A DNA stretch of 64,000 bases, from NCBI GenBank assembly GCA_000004695.1, contig CM000153.2, positions 5,216,001 to 5,280,000 of the forward strand. The letters run 5' to 3'. Each line of letters begins with the position of its first letter. The stretch's first letter is position 1. The stretch comes from Dictyostelium discoideum (lineage: Eukaryota). The notes under the pieces are model-generated. The model had not been told where the DNA came from and did no database searches. It was given only the letters and a program-made list of their open reading frames with translations. The position numbers and the translations under genes are program-made. Shown here in pieces: positions 56,697 through 64,000 of this stretch.

Positions 56697-59219
56697 TTAA
56701 ATGTTTAGCCCATTTTCAGATAAAATATTTAGTAATATTGAATCATTATAATTTGAAGCGATTTTGATTATTTCAGGAATATTAAGATCTGAAATTCTTT
56801 TACAATTAATTGCTAATTTTAAAATTTGAATAAAAAAGTGTGAATCTTTTGAACCTCCAAAGTTTTCAAGTATTTTAAAATTTACATTTGGATGACTTTT
56901 ACATAAATATTCAATCATTGGGGAATGGTACCAAGTAAGGTCTAAATATTTAATACTTGAAAGTTTGTATTCATTTATAATGAATGATGTTAAATCCTTT
57001 AGATATAATTTCATCACTATTGATAACATTTTTTGAGGAAATTCTAAACCATTTTTTCCATATATTTTTATAACTAACTCTATATACCTTTTTAATGTTG
57101 TTGTTATTTTATTAAAATCATTTGATCTTATTAATTGTTTAACAAAATTAATTTCAAAACCACCTAAATATTCACTTTCAATTGATTTATTTGATGCAAT
57201 TTCTTCTAAATTATAAATGAATAAATCTAATCTATCAATTTCTAATAAATATTTTAATTGATGTTTTATTAAATATACACCTTTTGAAGGAACACTTGAA
57301 AAGTAATTGAATAAATATTCAAATGTGATTCTTCCATCATCATCATTAAATATATATTCAAATGTAAATATATCTGGTTTAATTATTTTATTAATTAATT
57401 CATCTTCCTTAATTAAATTTTCAATAAAACATGTTCTACATGGACAACGAGTTCCATCTGTATTACCAGAAAATAGTTTATTAAATGAAAGTATGTATTT
57501 AATAATTTTCTTTGATTTAATATGTAAATATAAAAACGAATGAAATATTGAATGTTCTAATTCAATTGGTGTGCAATCAAACTGAGATTTAATGTTTTTA
57601 ATTTGTTGAGATGTCATATCTTGAAATTGAAGTAATTTCCTGAATAAATAATTAATAATTTTTTCACAAACTGGAATAATTGACTGTATTTTTGTTTTTC
57701 CAATCCAGTAATCAAAATAATCTTTTATTTTTTCAAACATACAGTTTGGTATGAAATTGATTTTCCTTCCTCTAAATAGTTGATCACCTTTTTGTTTGAT
57801 TGTTTTATTCCAATGATTTATGAATTTCTCTATATCAATTTGTTCTATTAAACTATCAGTTTTATTTACATCATATTCAATAATAGATTTTAAAAATTGT
57901 TTTGAAATTGAATCAACATTTTTGATTGATGGTGTTTTAAAAGAGTGACTTTTTATAAATTCTAATTTTTCTTTTCCAATTTTTTCTAAAATTTCTTTAT
58001 AGCAATCAAATTTGTTGAATATTAAATCACTAACTTGATCAGCTAGTTTTAAATTTTTAAACCAACTTTTTCTCCATGGGAGTTCATTTAAAAATGAAGT
58101 TAAAAATTCAATAGTTTCATTTTTATCAACCATTTTATTTAATTTCATCAAAATTCCATTTGTTTTTAATTGTTTAAAACAATTATTATCCATACCATCA
58201 ATTAATTCATAATAATTAAAATAAAATAAACTATAAATAATTTTTGATTTTGTTGATTTTATTAATAATTTTAATAGTTGTTTTTCTTTTTCAATACATC
58301 CATAGTTAATATTATTATTATTATTATCTTTTAAAATTTCATCAATTTGAAGTTTGATTTCATTTGGAATAATTGTTTTTGATGTTGTACATTTATAATA
58401 TAACTTGAAAAAAAATAAAATTGTTTCAATTTTTAATAATTGTTTACTCTTTGATGAATTTGTAATGTGCTTACAAAAACATACAATGTCTGATGTATCA
58501 TTAAAGAAATCTAAATCCATTAATCTTGTTAAAACATCTATCTTCCCACTTGTTAATTTAAATGGTATTATTAAATCAATTTTCTTAAAATTAAAAAGAT
58601 CATTATCATTTAATAAAATATTTGTTATACATCCATCAACATCATACTTATTGTTTAATGACCAATATATTGATTTATTTTTAAAATCTTGTTTGATTTT
58701 ATTTTTATTTATAAACTTTAATAGATTACTTATAATTTGTTGAGAACAATTTTTAATTGAATATTCTAAATGATCAATTGTTATCCAATTTATATGTTTA
58801 TAGTGGTAACAAAAATTGTTTATTATAAGTTCAAGAATTTCATTATTATTATAAAATAAAATTTTTTTTAAAATATTTGAATAGTTAATAATTTCTCTAT
58901 ATTCTGATTTATTTAGTATTATTTCAAGTATCTCCATTGAAATTGAGTATGTTAAAGGATTTAATATTGATTTTAATAAATATTCTAAACATAGGTCATA
59001 TACATATTCATTTTTTAAAAGTTTATATTTTAATAGATCTAAATGACCATTTTCGACCAACCATTTAAATGAGTGTATATCACCAAACCTTCTTCTGTTT
59101 CCTACATAGTATTTGTCATAGTCAAATTCAATGTCTGTGTTTAAAAGTTGAGAATGTATTGTTTTATTTATTACTACATTCCTATACACTTTCCAAAATA
59201 ATATTTCATTCCTTTCCAT
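56697..59219 (-). CDS. hypothetical protein (about 840 aa) with the N-terminal motif EILFWKVYRNVV; paralogue of the gene at 3424..5109
   Basis: The track ORF runs to 59381, but its first 54 codons are poly-Phe read through a T-rich leader. The first plausible ATG is at 59219 (MERNEILFWKVYRNVVINKT). Single exon. Confidence 0.55.
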   Translation of the reverse strand: MERNEILFWKVYRNVVINKTIHSQLLNTDIEFDYDKYYVGNRRRFGDIHSFKWLVENGHLDLLKYKLLKNEYVYDLCLEYLLKSILNPLTYSISMEILEIILNKSEYREIINYSNILKKILFYNNNEILELIINNFCYHYKHINWITIDHLEYSIKNCSQQIISNLLKFINKNKIKQDFKNKSIYWSLNNKYDVDGCITNILLNDNDLFNFKKIDLIIPFKLTSGKIDVLTRLMDLDFFNDTSDIVCFCKHITNSSKSKQLLKIETILFFFKLYYKCTTSKTIIPNEIKLQIDEILKDNNNNNINYGCIEKEKQLLKLLIKSTKSKIIYSLFYFNYYELIDGMDNNCFKQLKTNGILMKLNKMVDKNETIEFLTSFLNELPWRKSWFKNLKLADQVSDLIFNKFDCYKEILEKIGKEKLEFIKSHSFKTPSIKNVDSISKQFLKSIIEYDVNKTDSLIEQIDIEKFINHWNKTIKQKGDQLFRGRKINFIPNCMFEKIKDYFDYWIGKTKIQSIIPVCEKIINYLFRKLLQFQDMTSQQIKNIKSQFDCTPIELEHSIFHSFLYLHIKSKKIIKYILSFNKLFSGNTDGTRCPCRTCFIENLIKEDELINKIIKPDIFTFEYIFNDDDGRITFEYLFNYFSSVPSKGVYLIKHQLKYLLEIDRLDLFIYNLEEIASNKSIESEYLGGFEINFVKQLIRSNDFNKITTTLKRYIELVIKIYGKNGLEFPQKMLSIVMKLYLKDLTSFIINEYKLSSIKYLDLTWYHSPMIEYLCKSHPNVNFKILENFGGSKDSHFFIQILKLAINCKRISDLNIPEIIKIASNYNDSILLNILSENGLNI

Positions 59220-59233
59220 TTTTAATTTATCAT

Positions 59234-59267
<34 letters not shown>

Positions 59268-59364
59268 GTTTTCAAAAAAAAAAAAAAAAAAAAAAAAAAT
59301 TGAAAAAAAAAGGAAAGAAAAAAGAAAGGAAATAGTTAAAGTGAAAGGAAACAACATTTTTATT

Positions 59365-59787
59365 TTAATCAATTTCATCAAGTAAAGAATAATACGTTAT
59401 AGTTTTATCTCCACAACTAATATTATAAAGCTGTTGGTTTTCGTTTGTTTCTTGTAGATATTGTTGTTGCATTTGTAATGGTTCTTCTTTTAGTAATTCT
59501 TGTATTGTTTGACCTGCTTGTTGTTTTTCTTGTTTTTCTTGTTGTTGTTGTTCTTCTTCTTCTTCTTCTTCTTCTTCTTGTTGTTGTGGTTGTTCTTCTT
59601 CTTCTTCTTGCTCCTCTACTTCTTCTTCTTTTTCTTTTTCTTCATTTTCTTCTTCTTCTTGTTCTTCTACTTCTTGTTGTAGTTGTTCTTCTTGTAGTTG
59701 TTTTTGTAGTTCTTGTAGTTGTTCTTGTAGTTGTTTTTCTTGTAGTTGTTGTTCTCCTTCTTGTTGTTCTTCTTGTTGTTCTTCTTC

Positions 59788-59863
<76 letters not shown>

Positions 59864-61665
59864 GGGGGTGGTATGATTGTTGTATTTGCTGTTGTTGATG
59901 TGGTTGTTTGTATCAATTGTAGTTGTTCAAGTAGTAACTTTTGTTCTTCCATTTGTTGTTGTTGTTGTTGTCTTTTTTTAAGTTGTTCTTCTTGTTGTCG
60001 ACTTATTTTTTGATTTTGTAAAATAAGTAAAAGTTTATTAATTTCCTCTTTTTGAAATTCTCTAATGTTAGCATAAAATTTTTCTTGGAAACGATTAATT
60101 TGTTGAATTTTATCTTTAATTTTTTGTTCCAATTTTAAATCCTCACTATTTTCATCAAAAACAAAATAAATATCTTCAATTAATGTTATTTTATATGGTT
60201 TTTCATCATTTATTTTAATATTACTACTACAACTACTACAACTACAACTACTACCACTACCACTACAACTACTGCTACTACCACTGCTACTGCTACTGCT
60301 ACTGCTACTACCACTATTATTTTTATTATTTAATACTTCATTGTTAGAACAATCATTACTATTCAAATCCATATTTGTGGTTGTTGTGGTTGTTTCTGGT
60401 TGTTGTTGTTGTTGTTCTTTAATTTTATTATTATGTTTTTCATCAAGTTGTTTTTTATCTTTATTTTCCAAAAGTGTATTTGCGGGTGGTTTCTCAGGAG
60501 AATGATATTCAATATCTTCAGGATCACTTAACATTTCCCAAGTTACTTTATGTGATAATAAAATTTGTTCGAGTGTATTTTTTCCCATTCTTAATCTACT
60601 AGAATTTGGATAGATTGCAACTCTTTCAAGTTGAACAGCGTATCTATAGATTTTAATTGCAAGCTGGAATTTATCCAATTCGTTTATTGATAGCATACCA
60701 ATATAAAAAAAAACTTCAGGAACACATTGGTGATCATAGTGAGCCTTGTTAATATAAACATAGTGAGCGAGTACTTGGCTGATCGGATCAGCAGTTGAGG
60801 CTCTGCAGTCTAACAATACACCGGCCTTGATAAATAATAAACCCAAATGGTTTGGATTTATTTTTAAACCAGATTTACAATCGGCGTAGCATTGTTTTGA
60901 AGTGATTTGATCGAAATGGATGAAAGCACGAATGTAATGGAAATTATCATTGTTTGGGAAATACTTTAAGCCGGTGATACAATAGAGTTCACATTCTTGG
61001 TTTTTCCTTTCTTGTTTGAAATAAGATGCCAAAAAGACAAAGATTTGTTCATGATATTTCTTATACAAGCTATTGTTACTAATTGTGCATGCCAAACTTA
61101 TAAGCTCACTCATTAAAGAACCTTTAAAGGAGATCACTTCATCACAACAGGTTAACGCCAAGCCAAGATGATTAAACATCTCACCAATTTGATCGACACG
61201 CAATTTACTCCATTTATTCTTATTTTTATTTTCCTTACCACCGATAAAAAAGTATTTGACGTAAAGCTCTTTAAATCTTTCAAAATTCTTTATACCTTCA
61301 AAGATTATTGCTGCTTCTCTACTTCCGTTATTTTTTAATGCAATTAAATATTTAACAAAACCACAAATACTAGTTTGATCTGATGGAATTAAATAATTAA
61401 ATTTTTTTAAATCCTTAAATTCAATAATTTTAATATAATTTTTATTATTATTTATATCAATATCAATATTATTATTAATAATATTAATATTAATATTATT
61501 ATTATTATTATTAATATTCTCAAAAAGAGAATCTAATTGTTCATTGATATCTAATTGATCTAATTGTTCTACATCTTCAGATGTATTATTATTATAATTT
61601 TTATTTTTATTTTTATTTGCTTTGTTTGGTTTATTTGTTTTTGATTTTGATTTTTTCATAACCAT
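59365..61665 (-). CDS. hypothetical protein (766 aa): basic N-terminus, helical TPR-like middle, poly-Ser, Q/E-rich coiled-coil C-terminus
   Basis: Single ORF from the ATG at 61665 to the stop at 59365. It contains (CAA)n and (GAA)n coding repeats. Track ORFs 59445..59876 and 59500..59682 (plus) are antisense frames of those repeats. Confidence 0.5.
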
Positions 61666-61939
61666 TTTTAGTATTTTATGGTTATTTTAATAATTTTTTT
61701 TTTATTTTTTTTTATTTTATTTTTTTATTTTTTTAACCCAATAGATGTGAATAAAAAAAATAAAAAATAAAAAAAAATGCAAGAGTTCTAGTTGGCGCAC
61801 CAAAAAAAAAAAAAATTATTTTTTTTTTAAAAAAAAATAAAAAAAAGAAAAAAAATTAAAAATAAAAAAGAAAAAAAAATTCCAATCTAAACAATCCCTA
61901 AATCTCAAACAATACCTCACCCCCCTCACCCACAAAATC

Positions 61940-61981
<42 letters not shown>

Positions 61982-62697
61982 AAAAAAAAAAAATTTTACC
62001 CATCCTTCCATAAATAAAACGTTGATGATTAATCAGTTGGCAATCACGACAAATATTATATAATTTTAAAAATAAATTAAAACATTGGAACCACACACCC
62101 CACACATGAGATGAATAATTTTAATTTTCAAAAAAAAATAAAGAAATAAAAAAATAAAAAAATAAAAAAAAATAAAAAAAAAAAAATAATAAAAATGTAG
62201 TAAAATAATATAATAAAAATGATTAACCAATCGTTGAAAATAATGATGTGACTTTTCTTTTTAAAAGTGTTTTATAATAATAATAATAATAATAATTTTT
62301 TTTTTTTTTTTTTTATTAATAAATTTTTCAATTAATATGAATTAACTCAATCTTGATTTATTGAATGTCATCGTCTATTTATAAAAAAACAATTAATTTT
62401 TAATAAAATTACCATTATTACATACTCACTATCACATTGGGAAAAAAAAAAAAAAAAATAAAAAAAAAAAAAAATAAACACACACAAATACACCCACTTA
62501 CACGAACAAAAAAAAAAAAAAACACAAACCTTGCCGTTTTCTTACATTCACACAATTCTTGAAAGAAGACTGAGTCAAATTGATTTTGTTTTTTTTTTTT
62601 TTTAATTATTTTTTTTTTTCTTCTATTTTAATTTTATAATTTCAATTTAATTGGTTATTTATTTCAAATAAAAATAATATTATTATTTACACATAAA

Positions 62698-62911
62698 ATG
62701 AGTAAGTTAAAACTTAATTAATTATCCAAGATATTAAAATTTTTAAATCTATAATTAAAAAAAAATAATAAATAATATATAAAAAATAATAAAATTAAAT
62801 TTAAAAATAATAAATAATAATAAAAATAATAATAAAAATAATAAATAATTAAATAATATGTTTAATTAATTTTTTTTTTTTTTTTTTTTTTTATTTATTT
62901 TATTAATTTTT

Positions 62912-62950
<39 letters not shown>

Positions 62951-64000
62951 TATTTTTACAAAAAAAAAAAAAAAATAAAAAAAACAAATTAAAGATGAAC
63001 ACAATATAAATTTAGGAAATGAAATAATTAGATTAAGTAAAGCAAGAGTTGATGTAAAACAAGAAGTATTATATAAATTAAAAATTAATTTTCAATTTAG
63101 TTTTTTAAATAAATCAAAAGTTTTTTTAGAAGAAGCTTGGAACTATGTAAATGAATTAGAAAATCCAGAGCAATTAATAGAGTTGAAAGATGCTGCTGAT
63201 TTTAATAGTCAAGCACTATTGGTAAATCTAACAAAAGAGAATCAAATATTTAAAAAAATTAATGATGTTATCGACACATTATCAAAACATCAAAAAACAT
63301 TACAACAAATTAGATTTTTAAATACACAGCAAATTCCATCACCACCACCAACTGGAACAACAACACCAACAACAACACCAAATTTAGAAAATGACCAAAA
63401 TGAAAAATGGATAAAGGATTTACTATTTTCAATAGTGCAATTAAAACAATACTATATCGATTTCATATCAACAATTATTAAATACAGTAACGAATCAGAT
63501 TTCAAAGTTGCCTATTACCTAATGGAAGAATTACTACACACTGATAAAGTTACCATTACCAGTGACTCGTTTCAACGTCCATTCTATAGAATTAATAAAT
63601 CAATGGCTTTAAAAATTTTAAATTTAAATCAACAATTACAACCAATTCAAAATAATAATAATGATTATGGTGGTAATTACCAATCTAGTTTAAGTGAAGA
63701 TGATTTAATTTATTCATTTTCAGTCCCACAAACTCCTTCAATCTCACTATCACCCTTTTCAACACCATCTATTTCTTCACCAAATAATGTATCACCGCCA
63801 TCAACACCATCCTTTCAAGTTGTTTCACCAACTTTAATATCACCACCACCATCAACTCCATCAACTCAATCAACATCGAATACAACAAATTCATTTTGGA
63901 AAACAACCCAACAAATTCATTTTAGTTCATCAAATTTAATTTCATATAAACATCAAGTAATGGTAAATAAATTATTTCAACTATTGGATATACCATTTTC
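62698..64000 (+). CDS. hypothetical protein, 5' part (more than 330 aa, runs off the window end); absent from the ORF track because it has no stop
   Basis: An open frame runs from 62995 to the window edge (NEHNINLGNEIIRLSKARVD...EEAWNYVNELENPEQLIELKDAAD...SPPPSTPSTQST...). There is no in-frame ATG. The proposed start is the ATGA at 62698-62701 followed by GTAAGT, with acceptor ttaaag at 62994 (phase 1, a 293-bp intron). Confidence 0.4.

Noticed and set aside
56697-59381. N-terminal 54 residues (poly-Phe) of track ORF 56697..59381
   Set aside because: It is translation of a T-rich 5' leader. The first plausible initiator is the ATG at 59219 (MERNEILFW), which matches the paralogue's N-terminus.
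59445-59876. Plus-strand poly-Leu/Val/Phe ORFs 59445..59876 and 59500..59682
   Set aside because: They are antisense of the (CAA)n/(GAA)n Q/E-rich coding repeats of the 59365..61665 gene.

Overview
The window is eukaryotic DNA and, by inference, Dictyostelium discoideum nuclear sequence. It is about 78% AT, has long homopolymers, (AAT)n/(CAA)n codon repeats giving poly-Asn/Gln, short AT-rich spliceosomal introns (GTAAGT...AG) and a tRNA gene with a downstream extra B box. I modelled about 21 protein-coding genes, most spliced, by reading the six-frame track and joining exons by hand. The predicted lengths of three of them match known proteins exactly: noxB (698 aa), nagA (532 aa) and lmpB (755 aa), as I remember them. 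This suggests the noxB-lsm4-nagA-lmpB neighbourhood of chromosome 4; that assignment rests on memory, not a search. Other confident calls are a VPS13-family giant gene (about 4246 aa, 4 exons), an LSm4 gene, a GH65 (PGGHG/ATHL1-like) glycosidase, a lipoate-protein ligase, a TraB-family protein, a Timeless homologue, a GATA zinc-finger factor and a METTL21-like methyltransferase. There is one tRNA-Leu(UAA). The main accessory feature is a 1.7-kb non-autonomous LTR retroelement at 13092-14801, with TG..CA long terminal repeats, a GCAGAT target-site duplication, a TGGTAGC primer-binding site and a purine tract, which appears undescribed. There are no CRISPR arrays or prokaryotic-style defence systems; the tandem repeats are microsatellites. 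All coordinates were derived by hand from the printed sequence and may be off by 1-2 nt. At least one printed line (around 50700) disagrees with the ORF track by one base, and there I followed the track.
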